A stretch of 64,000 nucleotides of DNA from an uncultured delta proteobacterium (GCA_963724765.1 CAVRVY010000003.1:1504001-1568000), one strand, 5' to 3'. Shown: positions 29,775 through 41,069, counted from the stretch's first letter. Notes: generated by a model not told the origin, from the sequence alone. Numbers and translations are program-made.

Positions 29775-32237
29775 ATGGCGACCGAGCAAGCGCACCCAAC
29801 CGCCCGCGCGGCGTCGGGCAATGAGCATGACTCCGAGCCCGCGATGGGCAGCCGCATCCCCGCGCTCAACAGCAGAGCCCTGGTTGCCGGACGCGGAACT
29901 TATGTCGGTGACGTCACGCTTCCCGGCATGCTGCACATGGCGCTCGTGCGCAGCATGTACGCTCACGCGCTGGTCAAGTCGATCGATATAAGCGCCGCTC
30001 AGGCCCTGCCCGCAGTGGTCTGCGTGGTGACCGGCGATGAGATCCGCCGCAACACCAAGCCGATTCCTCAGCCCTACAACAAAGCGGGAATTGGAGTGCA
30101 TGCCTACGACTGGTATGCGCTCGCCCACGACAAGGTGCGCTACGTGGGCGAGGCCGTGGCCGTGGTGGTAGCGGAGGACAAGTACACCGCGCGCAAGGCT
30201 GCGGAAATGGTCGAAGTCGAGTACGAGGAGTTGCCCGTGGTCGCCGACGCCGAGCGCGGGATGGCTCCTGGAGCGCCACTGGTCGAACCTTCGTGGGGTA
30301 CCAACCTGGTGATGGAGCGGACCACCGAGACCGGCGATGTCGCGGGCGCCTTCGCCGCCGCCGACGGTGTGATCAAAGGATGCCTTTCGACGCAGCGCTA
30401 CTCGGCCTCGCCGATGGAGCCACGCGGATACGCCGCCAGCTACGACACCTTCCGCGACCAGCTCACGGTGTGGGCCTCGACGCAGTGTCCGCATCCGTTG
30501 CGCACTTACATCGCGCACATCATCGGCATGGATGAAAACCGCGTGCGCGTGATACAGCCCAACGTGGGCGGCGCTTTCGGCTCCAAAATTCCCACTTACC
30601 AGGAAGAGCCGCTCACCGCTTATCTAGCGCGCAAGCTGGGGCGGCCGGTGAAATGGATCGAGGAGCGCAGCGAAAATCTGCTGACCGGCGGCCACGCTCG
30701 GGAGCAGAAGGTGCATTTCGAGGCCGCGTACAAGCGCGACGGCCAGGTCACCGGGCTCAAGGCCAAGATCGTCGCCGACGTCGGCGCGCCCTCCGCGCTC
30801 GCGGGATGGGAGATGAGTCTCGTCACCACTTTTTGCCTCCCTACCGTCTACAAGGTTCCCAACTGCCGCGTCGAGCTGTATCCAGTTGCGACCAACAAGT
30901 GTCCATGGAATGCGTACCGCGGCTTCGGCAAAGAGACCGCGTCATTCCTGATGGACCGGATCATGGACGGGGTCGCGCAAGCGACCGGAATCGATCGGGC
31001 GGCGGTGCGAATGCGCAATTACATCCAGCCGCACGAGTTTCCCTATCAACAGGTGAGCGGGGTGATTCTCGATAGCGGCAATTATCCGGGCGCTCTGAGC
31101 AAGCTGCTCGACCTCGTCGGCTACGCGGACTTTCCCAAACTGCAGGCCGAGGCGCGCCGCGAGGGCCGCCGCATCGGCCTGGGACTTGGCCAGGAACTGG
31201 TCGCCGAGGGCTGCTCGCTTCCGACCTCGCTGCTCGTCGCGGGCTACGACGGCGCCACCGTGCGAGTCAACCCCTCGGGCCAGGTGACGGTGCTGACGGG
31301 AGTAACTTCCCCTGGCAGCGGCAATGAAACCGCGATCGCGCAGGTGGCCGCGGACACGCTGGGCGTGGACGTAAACACGGTGCGCGTGATCCAGGGCGAC
31401 ACTGAGACTTGTCCCTGGGGGCTGGGCAACTACAGCTCACGCGCGGTCATCATGGGCGGCTCCGCCACTTTCGTGGCGGCTGGCGATATCAGACAAAAAA
31501 TTCTCAAGGTTGCGGGCCATATGCTCGAAGTTCTGCCCGCCGACCTGGAATGCCGCGGCGGCAAAATTTTTCCCAAGGACACGCCCGCGCGTTACGTCGC
31601 CTTCAACGAGGTTGTCCACACCATCTACAACGACACCTTCGGGATTCACGCCAAGGAGATCGAACCGGGGCTCGAGGCGACGCGTTACTTCCGTCATCCC
31701 AACATCTACCAGGAGGGCGATCCCGAGGGCCGTTCTTCGGCTTATCCTTCGTGGCCCAATGCGGTGGTCGGCGCGATCGTCGAGGTCGATCCTGCCACCG
31801 GCGGCCTCAAACTCCTGCGCGTCTGTATGGTTCACGACAGCGGCGTCGTGGTTAACCCTATGCTGGCCGAGGGCAACGTCCACGGGGGCATCGCGCAAGG
31901 CATCGGCGGAGCGATTTACGAGCATCTGGTCTACGACGAGAACGGCCAGTTCAAGACCGGCACCTTCATGGATTACACGCTGCCCACTGCGGTCGAAGTT
32001 CCGCCGCTCGAACTCGCGCATCAGGAGACCCGCTCGCCGTTCACGCCGTTGGGGACCAAGGGAGTCGGGGAATCGGGTGTGGCAGGCATCCTGGGCGCTA
32101 TCTGCGGCGCGGTCGAAAACGCCTTGCCGGAACTCGATCTCCGGCTGCTCGAGATGCCACTTGCCCCCGAGCGTCTGTGGCGCGCGATCCAGGCTGCGCC
32201 GAAGCGCGCAGCCAACGGCGGAGGCACCGTTCGATGA
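29775..32237 (+). CDS. Xanthine dehydrogenase-family molybdopterin subunit (CoxL/CutL-like, not form I CODH)
   Basis: VGGAFGSK, AYRGFG, GGIAQGIG, KGVGESG. Confidence 0.9.
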   Translation: MATEQAHPTARAASGNEHDSEPAMGSRIPALNSRALVAGRGTYVGDVTLPGMLHMALVRSMYAHALVKSIDISAAQALPAVVCVVTGDEIRRNTKPIPQPYNKAGIGVHAYDWYALAHDKVRYVGEAVAVVVAEDKYTARKAAEMVEVEYEELPVVADAERGMAPGAPLVEPSWGTNLVMERTTETGDVAGAFAAADGVIKGCLSTQRYSASPMEPRGYAASYDTFRDQLTVWASTQCPHPLRTYIAHIIGMDENRVRVIQPNVGGAFGSKIPTYQEEPLTAYLARKLGRPVKWIEERSENLLTGGHAREQKVHFEAAYKRDGQVTGLKAKIVADVGAPSALAGWEMSLVTTFCLPTVYKVPNCRVELYPVATNKCPWNAYRGFGKETASFLMDRIMDGVAQATGIDRAAVRMRNYIQPHEFPYQQVSGVILDSGNYPGALSKLLDLVGYADFPKLQAEARREGRRIGLGLGQELVAEGCSLPTSLLVAGYDGATVRVNPSGQVTVLTGVTSPGSGNETAIAQVAADTLGVDVNTVRVIQGDTETCPWGLGNYSSRAVIMGGSATFVAAGDIRQKILKVAGHMLEVLPADLECRGGKIFPKDTPARYVAFNEVVHTIYNDTFGIHAKEIEPGLEATRYFRHPNIYQEGDPEGRSSAYPSWPNAVVGAIVEVDPATGGLKLLRVCMVHDSGVVVNPMLAEGNVHGGIAQGIGGAIYEHLVYDENGQFKTGTFMDYTLPTAVEVPPLELAHQETRSPFTPLGTKGVGESGVAGILGAICGAVENALPELDLRLLEMPLAPERLWRAIQAAPKRAANGGGTVR

Positions 32238-33649
32238 TTACCCAGGAATTCGAGTTTCGCGCGCCGGACAAACTCGACGAGGCGCTAACCCTTCTGGCCG
32301 AGGGCGGCGACGACGTCAAGCTGCTCTCGGGCGGGATGAGCCTGATGCCGATGATGGCGCTCGGGCTGGTGCGGCCGCGCATCGTGCTCAGCCTCAACCG
32401 CATCGACGGCCGCGGCTACGTGCGAGAAGATCGCAACGCGCTGCGAATTGGCGCGGGCACGCGTCACTACGAGATCCTGCGCGATCCGCTTATTGCGCGG
32501 CACTGCGCGCTGCTGGCCGAGGCGGCCGCCTTTATCGGCGACACGCAGGTGCGCAATCGCGGCACCATTGGCGGCAGCATCGCCCATGCCGACCCGGCGG
32601 CGGACTATAGTCCCGTGCTGGTCGCTACCGGGGCGCGCGTGATCGTGCGGAGCCTGCGCGGCGAGCGCGAAATAGCCGCGGACAAGTTTTTTACCAACCT
32701 GATGGAAACGGCGCTTAAGCCCGACGAGATCGTAACGGAAGTCCTGGTCCCCAAGCTGGGGGCGGCGCGCGGCGCGTATACTCGGTTCCATCGCGTCGAG
32801 GGGAACTTCGCGATCGTCAATGCCGCGGCAATTCTGAGCGATGGACACGCGCGAGTCGCGCTGGGCGGCGTCGGATCCACGCCCGTCGCACTCGACGTAA
32901 GCGCGGAACTCTCGCACGGGGTCAACGCTGAGGCGCTCGAAGCCATTGGCCGGCGCGTGCGCGCCGCCTGCACCGACGCGCCCGCGGACCTCAATGCCAG
33001 CGCCGACTATCGCCGCCAGATGGCCGCGGTTTTCGCCGAGCGCGCATTCGCGATCGCGGCCGGACGCACGCCGTCGCAGCAGACGCCCGAGGTCGGGAGA
33101 AAAACCGCCCCGCCCGCATCAACGCCGCGCAAAACCGGCATGGTTGGCGGACCGCTTCGCACCGCAATTGCAGTTTCCGTAAACGGACAGCCGCGGCGCC
33201 TCGAGGCTGATAACCGGATGGTGCTGGCCGATCTGCTGCGCGACGTGATTGGGCTTACCGGCACGCACATCGGCTGCGGCACCGGAAGCTGTGGCGCATG
33301 CACGGTGATGCTCGACGGGCGCACGGTCAAGAGTTGCTCGGTGCTGGCCGCGGACGTCGACGGATGCGCGGTCGAGACGATCGAATCGCTGGCCTCCGAC
33401 ATCCATCATCTGCATCCGCTCCAGGAATCCTTCGTGCGCAACCACGGCCAGCAGTGCGGCTACTGTACGCCCGGGATGGTGATGTCGGCGTTGCAGCTGC
33501 TGCGCGACAATCCCAATCCTGACGAGGCCGCCATCCGGCACGGGATTTCCGGCAACCTTTGCCGATGCACCGGCTATCAGTTCATCGTCAATGCGATTTC
33601 CGACGCGGCGCGCACTCTCGGCGCGGCCAAGTCGCAGCCGCCGACATAG
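32234..33649 (+). CDS. Fused FAD-binding (CoxM-like) and 2x[2Fe-2S] (CoxS-like) subunit
   Basis: LSGGMSL, VRNRGTIGGS; Pro-rich linker; GCGTGSCGAC...C and QCGYC...NLCRCTGY. Confidence 0.88.
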   Translation: MITQEFEFRAPDKLDEALTLLAEGGDDVKLLSGGMSLMPMMALGLVRPRIVLSLNRIDGRGYVREDRNALRIGAGTRHYEILRDPLIARHCALLAEAAAFIGDTQVRNRGTIGGSIAHADPAADYSPVLVATGARVIVRSLRGEREIAADKFFTNLMETALKPDEIVTEVLVPKLGAARGAYTRFHRVEGNFAIVNAAAILSDGHARVALGGVGSTPVALDVSAELSHGVNAEALEAIGRRVRAACTDAPADLNASADYRRQMAAVFAERAFAIAAGRTPSQQTPEVGRKTAPPASTPRKTGMVGGPLRTAIAVSVNGQPRRLEADNRMVLADLLRDVIGLTGTHIGCGTGSCGACTVMLDGRTVKSCSVLAADVDGCAVETIESLASDIHHLHPLQESFVRNHGQQCGYCTPGMVMSALQLLRDNPNPDEAAIRHGISGNLCRCTGYQFIVNAISDAARTLGAAKSQPPT

Positions 33650-33674
33650 CCTCGCACGGCGGCGGCGGCCCCGC

Positions 33675-34427
33675 TCAGCCGCGGCTGACCGCGGGGCTTG
33701 CCGGCTGATGGTTGTCGGCGCGCGCGCCGCCGATGAATACGTCCATCGGAACGAGCGGCGGGCGGCGGCGGCGCTTTAGGTCATCGAGTTCCGCCTGGAC
33801 CTTGGCTTCGGCGTTGCGGCGACGAATTTCTTCGAGCTTTTGATCGATCTCGGAGGCGTGGATCTCGCGGTTTACACCGGACTGCGTCAGCATCTGCTGA
33901 ATTGATTCGCGCACTTCCTGCAGCGCTCGCAAGTCCTCGTCGTAGGAAAGTTCCTCCAGTGCTCGCTCGACTCGCATCCTGGCCTGCGCGTTGCGCAGCC
34001 GCGCCAGCATCCTGACCTTCTCCGTCTTGAGCTTATCGATCTCGCTCTTGAAGCCGACGAGATTCTTCTTCGCGTCCTCCGCTTCGACGGTGAGCTGCGA
34101 AAGCTCCTCTTTCACCCGCGCGCAGTCGGCCTCAAGCTCGTGCTTGCGGCGGATCAGAATCAGCGCGCACTGGTCCTCGTTGAGGTCGGCCGCCTGCCCG
34201 GCCTGCTCCGCGACTTCAGCCAGCTCGGCGGATTTTTGCTTCAGCTCGCGCTCGAGCTTGTTGCGCATGTATATCGCACCGGCGGCCGCGTTCTTGAGCT
34301 GCTGATAGCGCCGGATACGGTCCGAGATCGCGGCTTCGTATACCGCTTCCGGATCGTGCGCTTCGCGCGACTTGAGCCAGCGGCTGAGTTTGCCACTGAC
34401 CAGGTTTTTCAGTCTGGAAATGAACAT
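33675..34427 (-). CDS. pspA: PspA/IM30 family protein
   Basis: Amphipathic N-terminus (FISRLKNLV), DPEAVYEAAI, long coiled coil. Confidence 0.78.
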   Translation of the reverse strand: MFISRLKNLVSGKLSRWLKSREAHDPEAVYEAAISDRIRRYQQLKNAAAGAIYMRNKLERELKQKSAELAEVAEQAGQAADLNEDQCALILIRRKHELEADCARVKEELSQLTVEAEDAKKNLVGFKSEIDKLKTEKVRMLARLRNAQARMRVERALEELSYDEDLRALQEVRESIQQMLTQSGVNREIHASEIDQKLEEIRRRNAEAKVQAELDDLKRRRRPPLVPMDVFIGGARADNHQPASPAVSRG

Positions 34428-34475
34428 CGCGAGTTCTCCTTTTCTGCGGCGAGCGCCACTCGTCTCGTCGCTCCG

Positions 34476-35933
34476 TTATTCGTCTTGCGGTTTCAGTCCG
34501 AGGTTGTCGACGCTGATGCCAAGTTCGCGCATCTTTTGCTGAAAATTCTGCCGGTATATCCCGGCCCGCTCAGCGGCGCGCGAAATATTGCCGCCCGTGG
34601 ACCTGAGCGCATTGATGAAAAAATCGCGTTCCCACTGCCCGACGAATTTTTCCTTGGCCTCGCGGAACTTGACCTCGCCGCTCTCTCCTGGGGTTTCAGC
34701 CGTCACGGCCGCGGCAGGAATCCGCGCCGCGTCGTCATGGCTGGACGCGTCGGCGCCACCGCTTACGGAGCCGCCGAGCAGTTCCGCCGGCGTGATCTCG
34801 GTGCCCGAGGATAGAATCACTGCCTGTTCGATCGCGGCCTTGAGCGAGCGCACGTTGCCGCGCCACGGATTCTCCACGCACGCCCTCATCGTTTCGGGTG
34901 TCAGCGTCTTGTGCGGCGTGGCGAATTGCTTGCAGGCCTCGTCGAGAAAGTGCATCGCGAGCGATGCGATGTCCTCGCGCCGCTCGCGCAGCGGCGGGAC
35001 GCGTACCTCGACCACTTTGATCCGGTAGTAGAGGTCCTCGCGGAAACGCCCATCAGCGGCCATCAGTTCAAGGTTCTGGTTGGTCGCCGCGATTATGCGC
35101 ACGTCGGCCACGAGCGACTGGTTGCCGCCGATTCGTTCGAAACGCTTTTCCTGGATGACGCGCAGCAGCTTGGCCTGGGTCTCGAGGCTCATGTCGCCAA
35201 TCTCATCGAGGAACAGGGTTCCACCGTCGGCCGCCTCGAACTTGCCCTCGCGGCGCGCGACCGCACCGGTGAAGGCGCCCTTTTCATGGCCGAACAGTTC
35301 GCTCTCGACCAACTCGCGCGAAAACGCGGCGCAGTTGACCGGAACGAACGGACCATTGGCGCGCGGGCTGCGGCCGTGTATCGCGCGCGCGACCAGTTCC
35401 TTGCCGGTCCCCGACTCTCCGCGGATGAGCACGGTTACGTCGGTCGGCGCGACTTTTTCGATAGTCTCGAACACGCGCATCATCGCGCGTGACTGCCCGA
35501 TCATCCCGGCAAAGCGTCCGCTCTCGAGGTTCACCTGCTCGACCAGCCGGTTGTAGGCGCGGCGCAGCAGCTGTTTCTCCATCACGTTGCGGACTTTGAT
35601 TCTCAGTTCGTCATTGTCGAATGGCTTGGGCAGATAGTCTTCCGCGCCGGCCTTCATTGCTTCGACCGCGATGCGCTGCGTTCCGTACGCCGTGATCATC
35701 AGCACCGCGCATGCGGGATCGAGATGGCGCACGCTGCGCATCAGGTCGAGCCCGCTCATCCCCTGCATGCTCAAGTCCGTGATAATCACATGGAACAGGC
35801 CGGCCTTGACCTTGGCGAGCGCCTCTTCGCCCGACTCCGCGGTTTCGACCTCGTAGCCCTCCTTGCCGAACAGTCCCTTGAGCGCGACCAGGATGCCGTG
35901 CTCGTCATCGACGATTAAGAGCCTCCCCTTCAT
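34476..35933 (-). CDS. Sigma54-dependent response regulator (REC-AAA+-HTH)
   Basis: [48 protein letters not shown]. Confidence 0.95.
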   Translation of the reverse strand: MKGRLLIVDDEHGILVALKGLFGKEGYEVETAESGEEALAKVKAGLFHVIITDLSMQGMSGLDLMRSVRHLDPACAVLMITAYGTQRIAVEAMKAGAEDYLPKPFDNDELRIKVRNVMEKQLLRRAYNRLVEQVNLESGRFAGMIGQSRAMMRVFETIEKVAPTDVTVLIRGESGTGKELVARAIHGRSPRANGPFVPVNCAAFSRELVESELFGHEKGAFTGAVARREGKFEAADGGTLFLDEIGDMSLETQAKLLRVIQEKRFERIGGNQSLVADVRIIAATNQNLELMAADGRFREDLYYRIKVVEVRVPPLRERREDIASLAMHFLDEACKQFATPHKTLTPETMRACVENPWRGNVRSLKAAIEQAVILSSGTEITPAELLGGSVSGGADASSHDDAARIPAAAVTAETPGESGEVKFREAKEKFVGQWERDFFINALRSTGGNISRAAERAGIYRQNFQQKMRELGISVDNLGLKPQDE

Positions 35934-37513
35934 CGGCGTTGCGCGGCCTCGGCATGCTGCTGGGCCGGATTGGCCGGCGTTTGCTTCGCATCGGCGGGCG
36001 AGGCGTGATTGAATCCGGCCACGCCCGGTTGGCCAGGTTGGTCGGCCTGGTCGGCTTGATCGGTCTGGTCTGGCTGGTCGGGCCGGTCGGGTCGGTCGGG
36101 TCGGTCTTGGGCGCGCGCAGCGTCGGCCAGCGGAATCGACAGCCTGAACTCGGTGCCGGTCCCGGCCTTGCTCTGGACCTCGATTCGGCCGCTATGGGCG
36201 TCCATCACTTTCTTCGCGATACCCATCCCGAGTCCGGTGCCGTTTTTCTTGGTGGTATAGAACGGATTGAAAATCTTCGGCAGCTTGTCTTCGGCGATAC
36301 CGCATCCGTTGTCGCGGATCACCACGGTGGCCGTGCCCGGATGGAGGCTTACGATTCCGAATTCCAGGCGCCGCTCGCCCGCGTTCGATTCCATCGCATC
36401 GATCGCGTTGTCGATGACGTTGGTGAAGACCTGGCGCAGCTTGTCGGCGTCAGCGCGGACCGTCGGCCCCCCGATATAGTTGCGCGACACGCTGACCTGG
36501 TTGGCTTCGAGCTTGGCGCGCATCTCCGTGAGCGCGTGGTCGAGCACCGACGCCAGCCCCACGTTTTCGAAACGGTAGTCGGTTTCCTTGGCATACTTGA
36601 GCAGATGAGAGACGCTGCGTTCGACCCGCTCGAGTTCGTCGAGCGCCACTTTGGCGTACTCCACGTTCTCGTTTGAGATCGGATCCTCGCCCATCTGCTG
36701 CACCAGGCTTTTCGCCGCGGCGATGGGATTGCGGATTTCATGTGCGAAGCTGGCGGTAAGCTCATCCAGCGAGGCCTGCTTCTCGGTGCGCAGGGCCTCC
36801 TTCTCGCGCGTGACCTCGCGTTGTACCTCGCGTTGGACGGCGGGTTCGAACACGCGCTCGTGGATCCAGCGCCATCCGTATACGCCGCCGAAATGGCTGG
36901 CGAGCCCGATACCCCATCCGACCGCCGGGAAGATCCACCATTCGAACGAGGGGCTGACGACAAGATTCACAATCAGCATCGATCCGATGACGATCCCGTA
37001 CCACATCAGGTGAACATAAAAGCCGGCCTCGCGCGCGGCGCGCCGGCGGGCGCGCTTGTAGGCCTTGACGTCCTCGTCGCTATCGGGCTGCGATTGGCGG
37101 TCCTGCTTGAACTCACCGCGTCGGTCGGGTCCAGGCGTCCCGCGCGATTGCGAAGCCGCGGCGCCGCCGGGAGCCGCCGTGCCGCCGCGAAGCCTCTCGG
37201 CCTCGCGCCGTAGCTTTGCTTCCGCCATTTCGAGCTTGCTCGCGACCTTGTGCCCGACGTCGGCGGCCTGATGCCGCACGTCGTGGGCCCAGCGCTCCCA
37301 ATCCTGCCACTGGCGGGTCCACTTATCCCACTTGTCGTTTCCGGCTAGCCCGCTCTGGTGGGCGCGGCCGGCTTCGCTCTTGGCGTCTTCGCTGGACTGC
37401 ATTCGTTCCCATCGGCGCGACCACTTGTCGCACTTATCCCCGCTATAGATTCGCCGGTACTTACGCCGTTGGAAGAGGGCGAAAATTATGATCAGTGCAA
37501 TGAGGAAACCCAT
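35930..37513 (-). CDS. Sensor histidine kinase with 2TM-type membrane domain
   Basis: ARRRA...GFYVHL...[16 protein letters not shown]; AHEIRNP; NAIDA; DNGCG; GTGLG; QPD-type repeats at C-terminus. Confidence 0.9.
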   Translation of the reverse strand: MGFLIALIIIFALFQRRKYRRIYSGDKCDKWSRRWERMQSSEDAKSEAGRAHQSGLAGNDKWDKWTRQWQDWERWAHDVRHQAADVGHKVASKLEMAEAKLRREAERLRGGTAAPGGAAASQSRGTPGPDRRGEFKQDRQSQPDSDEDVKAYKRARRRAAREAGFYVHLMWYGIVIGSMLIVNLVVSPSFEWWIFPAVGWGIGLASHFGGVYGWRWIHERVFEPAVQREVQREVTREKEALRTEKQASLDELTASFAHEIRNPIAAAKSLVQQMGEDPISNENVEYAKVALDELERVERSVSHLLKYAKETDYRFENVGLASVLDHALTEMRAKLEANQVSVSRNYIGGPTVRADADKLRQVFTNVIDNAIDAMESNAGERRLEFGIVSLHPGTATVVIRDNGCGIAEDKLPKIFNPFYTTKKNGTGLGMGIAKKVMDAHSGRIEVQSKAGTGTEFRLSIPLADAARAQDRPDRPDRPDQPDQTDQADQADQPGQPGVAGFNHASPADAKQTPANPAQQHAEAAQRR

Positions 37514-37575
37514 AACTTAAAGCGCGGCCGCGATGCGCGTTTTCCAAAGTTTATTCTTCATTGAGGCAGATGGGG

Positions 37576-37591
37576 AGCAAGCATGATGCCG
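37576..37591 (-). promoter_or_regulatory. Sigma54 (-24/-12) promoter of the kinase-regulator-pspA operon
   Basis: CGGCATCATGCTTGCT (GG-N10-GC), about 60 bp upstream of the kinase ATG. Confidence 0.72.
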
Positions 37592-37778
37592 TCGCGAACG
37601 TCCTGCAAAAGGCAGAGAAGCGGCAGTTTTTGGCCAGCCAGGTGTGCAGCCGGCGCGGCCGCCGCAGTCGTTGTACTGCATGGCGCGTACTGCATCGCGA
37701 GTTCCCACGGCGGCGGGCGGTTTATCCCGAGCGATGTATCCGACGATCCCGGTCGGGTATTCTTGATCGCAATCCCAT

Positions 37779-40475
37779 ATGGGCAATCCCATCTGTCGGC
37801 GGAGTTCACCGTTGTTTCGTGTAATCCAAATTGCCGCGCTTGCGTTCGTGGCTGCGATCTTCGTGGGAAGCAGCGTTTCGCGCGCCGAATCCGTTTATTC
37901 CCTCGCCACCACGCCGGGCAGGCTGCCGAAAACCGTCATACCGACGCACTACGTGATCGACCTCAAGCCCGACCTCACCACCCGCGCGGTTTCCGGTTCC
38001 GAGGTCGTCGATATCAAGGTTCTCGCGCCGACCGATCGCCTGGTCCTCAATGCGCTCGACATGGTCCTTCGGTCTGCGTCGCTCGAAGGCGAAGCGGGGC
38101 AGGTGGCGACGATTACGTTGCAACCCAAAGCCGAGACCGCGACGCTCGCCTTTCCCCATGCGCTCGCGCCTGGACCGCATAAGCTGCGCATTGCGTTCAC
38201 CGGCCGCATCAACAGTTTCGGCCGCGGACTCTTCGCCGTCGACTATCCAACCGGGCATGGCCGCAAGCGGATGATCGCGACCGAACTTGAGCCCGCCGAT
38301 GCGCGCCGGGTGTTTCCGTGCTGGGATGAGCCGGCTTTCAAAGCGAGCTTCGAGCCCACCGTGACCGTACCGCGAAACTTTCTTGCGCTCTCCAATATGC
38401 CGATTGCGCACGAGGAGCCGGTCGGCGGCGCATCGAAGCGCGTTTCGTTCGCGGCGACGCCACGGATGTCGAGTTATCTTTTCGTGCTCGTCGCAGGCGA
38501 TCTCGAACGGCTGACTGGCGACGCGAACGGGGTCACGGTTGGCGTCGTCACGGTCGCGGGCAAGCGCGAGCAGGGGCGCTATGCGCTCGCCAGCGCGATC
38601 GACCTCTTGCGCTACTACAACGATTATTTCGGGATCAAATATCCGCTTCCCAAGCTTGACCTGATCGCGGTTCCCGGCGGCGTCGGCGGCGCGATGGAGA
38701 ACTGGGGCGGCATCGTCTTCAACGAAAGCATCCTGCTCTTCGACCCGTCTGCGAGTCCCGACGCCCTGCGCCGAGGCATCTTTGTCGTGCTTGCACATGA
38801 GATGGCTCATCAGTGGTTCGGCGATCTGGTCACCATGGGATGGTGGAACGATCTGTGGTTGAACGAAGGCTTCGCCAGTTGGATGCAGAACAAGGCGGCC
38901 GAGCGGCTGCACCCGGATTGGCAGGTGTGGCTCAACAGCGGCGGCGCAAAACAGGCCGCCATGGATGTGGATGCGCGCCACACAGCGCATCCGATTCAGC
39001 AGGCGGTCGCCGATGAGAGCGAGGCGGAATCGGTCTTCGACAGCATCACGTACAGCAAGAGCCAGGCCTTCATACGCGAACTGGAAAATTACCTGGGCGC
39101 CGAACAATTCCTCGATGGCATCCGGCGCTACATGGCCGCCCACGCCTATAGCAATGCGACCACGGCCGACCTCTGGCTGGCGCTTAAGCGCGCCTCCGGC
39201 AAGCAGGTCGCGGCCATCGCGGCGCCCTACACCGAGCAGCCGGGCGTGCCGTTAATCGTAAGCAACGCAAGTTGCGTGAACGATCGGCAGCGGCTCATGA
39301 TCCGCCAAGAGCGTTTCATCAAGGGCACCGCCGCCGCCGACGTTCGTGCGCAACTCTGGCAGGTGCCGATCGCCTTCGGTCCGCCGGGCGCCAAGGAGCC
39401 GAGCGGAGTCGTATTGCTGCAAGGAAAAACCATGGAGATCGCGGCGGGGCGATGCGGAGAGCCGATCAAGCTCAATTTCGGAGACGTGGGATATTATCGC
39501 GTGCAGTACGACTCCGCCACCGACGCCGCGCTGGCCAAGTCGATCGAAACGATGGCGCCGGCCGACCGCGTCAACCTGCTCGCCGACAACTGGGCGCTGG
39601 TCGAAGCCGGCCGCATCACGGCGGACAGGTATTTCAGGCTGGTCGACGCGGTTGTGGACGATCGCAACCGTGCCGTGTGGGAGCGGGTGACGGGCACGAT
39701 CAGCCGCCTCGACGATCTCGAACGCGGCCTGCCCGGCAGGCCGGCGTTTCAAGCCTATGCGCGATCGCGCCTGCGCCCGGCCTTCGACCGGCTCGGATGG
39801 GATCGTGCGGCGGGCGAATCCCGAGGCGATACGGCAGACAATACGATCCTGCGTTCCAGGTTGATCGCAGAGTTAGGCGGCCTGGGCGACGGCGCGGTGA
39901 TCGCCGAGGCGAAGCGGCGGTTCGCCGCGTTCGTGAAGGACCCGCGATCGCTCGACGTGAATTTGCGCGGCCCGGTCATCTTCATCGCCGGCCGCTATGC
40001 CGATGGCGCGACCTACGATGAGCTGCGAGCGCTCGGCCGCAAGGCTACCAGCACTGAGCTACGCGTGCGGTACTACATCGCGCTCGCCGCGGCGGTGAAT
40101 CCCGAGCTGGCGAAGGAGACCCTCGCGCTCACGCTGACCGATGAGGTGCCGGTCGACCTTGCCAACGGCATGATTCTGACGGTGGCGTCGGGGGAACATC
40201 CGGAACTCGCGCTGGCTTTCACCAAGGCGAATTTCGAGGCGCTGGCCGCCAAGCGGGGCCCCACCTTCCGCGCGTTCTTCATGTCCTCGCTGATGACCAA
40301 CTTTGCCGACGACACGCATGCCGTGGAACTGGCCAACTTCGCGCCGGTACACGAGACGGCCGGCGGACGGATAGCAGCCGCGCGCGCCCAGGAGGAGATC
40401 ATCGAAGCGGCGGAGTTCCGCGCGCGACAGATCCCGGCTGTTGACGAGTGGGTGAAGGAGCATCCGGCGCCGTGA
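37779..40475 (+). CDS. pepN: M1 aminopeptidase N, exported
   Basis: Signal peptide, ARRVFPCWDEP, GGAMEN, HEMAH-X18-E, ERAP1-like C-terminus. Confidence 0.92.
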   Translation: MGNPICRRSSPLFRVIQIAALAFVAAIFVGSSVSRAESVYSLATTPGRLPKTVIPTHYVIDLKPDLTTRAVSGSEVVDIKVLAPTDRLVLNALDMVLRSASLEGEAGQVATITLQPKAETATLAFPHALAPGPHKLRIAFTGRINSFGRGLFAVDYPTGHGRKRMIATELEPADARRVFPCWDEPAFKASFEPTVTVPRNFLALSNMPIAHEEPVGGASKRVSFAATPRMSSYLFVLVAGDLERLTGDANGVTVGVVTVAGKREQGRYALASAIDLLRYYNDYFGIKYPLPKLDLIAVPGGVGGAMENWGGIVFNESILLFDPSASPDALRRGIFVVLAHEMAHQWFGDLVTMGWWNDLWLNEGFASWMQNKAAERLHPDWQVWLNSGGAKQAAMDVDARHTAHPIQQAVADESEAESVFDSITYSKSQAFIRELENYLGAEQFLDGIRRYMAAHAYSNATTADLWLALKRASGKQVAAIAAPYTEQPGVPLIVSNASCVNDRQRLMIRQERFIKGTAAADVRAQLWQVPIAFGPPGAKEPSGVVLLQGKTMEIAAGRCGEPIKLNFGDVGYYRVQYDSATDAALAKSIETMAPADRVNLLADNWALVEAGRITADRYFRLVDAVVDDRNRAVWERVTGTISRLDDLERGLPGRPAFQAYARSRLRPAFDRLGWDRAAGESRGDTADNTILRSRLIAELGGLGDGAVIAEAKRRFAAFVKDPRSLDVNLRGPVIFIAGRYADGATYDELRALGRKATSTELRVRYYIALAAAVNPELAKETLALTLTDEVPVDLANGMILTVASGEHPELALAFTKANFEALAAKRGPTFRAFFMSSLMTNFADDTHAVELANFAPVHETAGGRIAAARAQEEIIEAAEFRARQIPAVDEWVKEHPAP

Positions 40476-40481
40476 GCCAAT

Positions 40482-40519
40482 GATTTCCTTGTCTCGGTAA
40501 GATTGCCTAGTCTCAGTAA
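40482..40519. repeat. 19-bp imperfect tandem repeat between convergent genes
   Basis: gatttccttgtctcggtaa / gattgcctagtctcagtaa. Confidence 0.65.
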
Positions 40520-40547
40520 CTGATGGTTGTTTCAGCGGAATTCCCTT

Positions 40548-41069
40548 TCACTTCTGGCCGCGGCCGGATTTGATTCCGATAGTGCGTCCGGCTCTTTCCG
40601 GCCAGGGCAGCGTCTTGTGCGCCGCCGCGAGGAGACCGAGCCGGCGCATCGTCTCGTCAGGCCAGGGCGCAGCTCGCCGCGTCTCATGGTCGACGTTAAT
40701 CATGAGCAGCTCGTTGGTGGCTACCAGCCAGCCCTCATCGGCATGGTACATGATATGAAAAAGATGCACGCGCTTGGCGTCGTGGTCGAGGATCTGCGAA
40801 GTGATTCGCAACGGCGCGCCGAGGCGGACTTCGCGCTCGTAGGTGATGTGGGCCTCGAGCACGAAGACCATGCCGAGGTTGTGCTCGAGGTAGAGAGGGC
40901 CCACTCCGAGCAGATCGCATAGGGTGTCGGTGGCCTGGTCGAAGGCGGTTATGTAAGCCGCGATATTCATGTGGCGGTTGACATCGATCCACTCGGGCCG
41001 CACGGTGGCGCGATGACAGTCCAGCGGCGCGCTTAGGTCAAGCTCAGGAAGAGGATACGGAAAGATCAT
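40548..41069 (-). CDS. Hot-dog thioesterase family protein
   Basis: VRPEWIDVNRHMNIAAY, EAHITYEREV. Confidence 0.85.
   Translation of the reverse strand: MIFPYPLPELDLSAPLDCHRATVRPEWIDVNRHMNIAAYITAFDQATDTLCDLLGVGPLYLEHNLGMVFVLEAHITYEREVRLGAPLRITSQILDHDAKRVHLFHIMYHADEGWLVATNELLMINVDHETRRAAPWPDETMRRLGLLAAAHKTLPWPERAGRTIGIKSGRGQK

Noticed and set aside
29775-32237. Aerobic CO dehydrogenase
   Set aside because: Loop is AYRGFG, not the form I AYxCSFR; no cox accessory genes.
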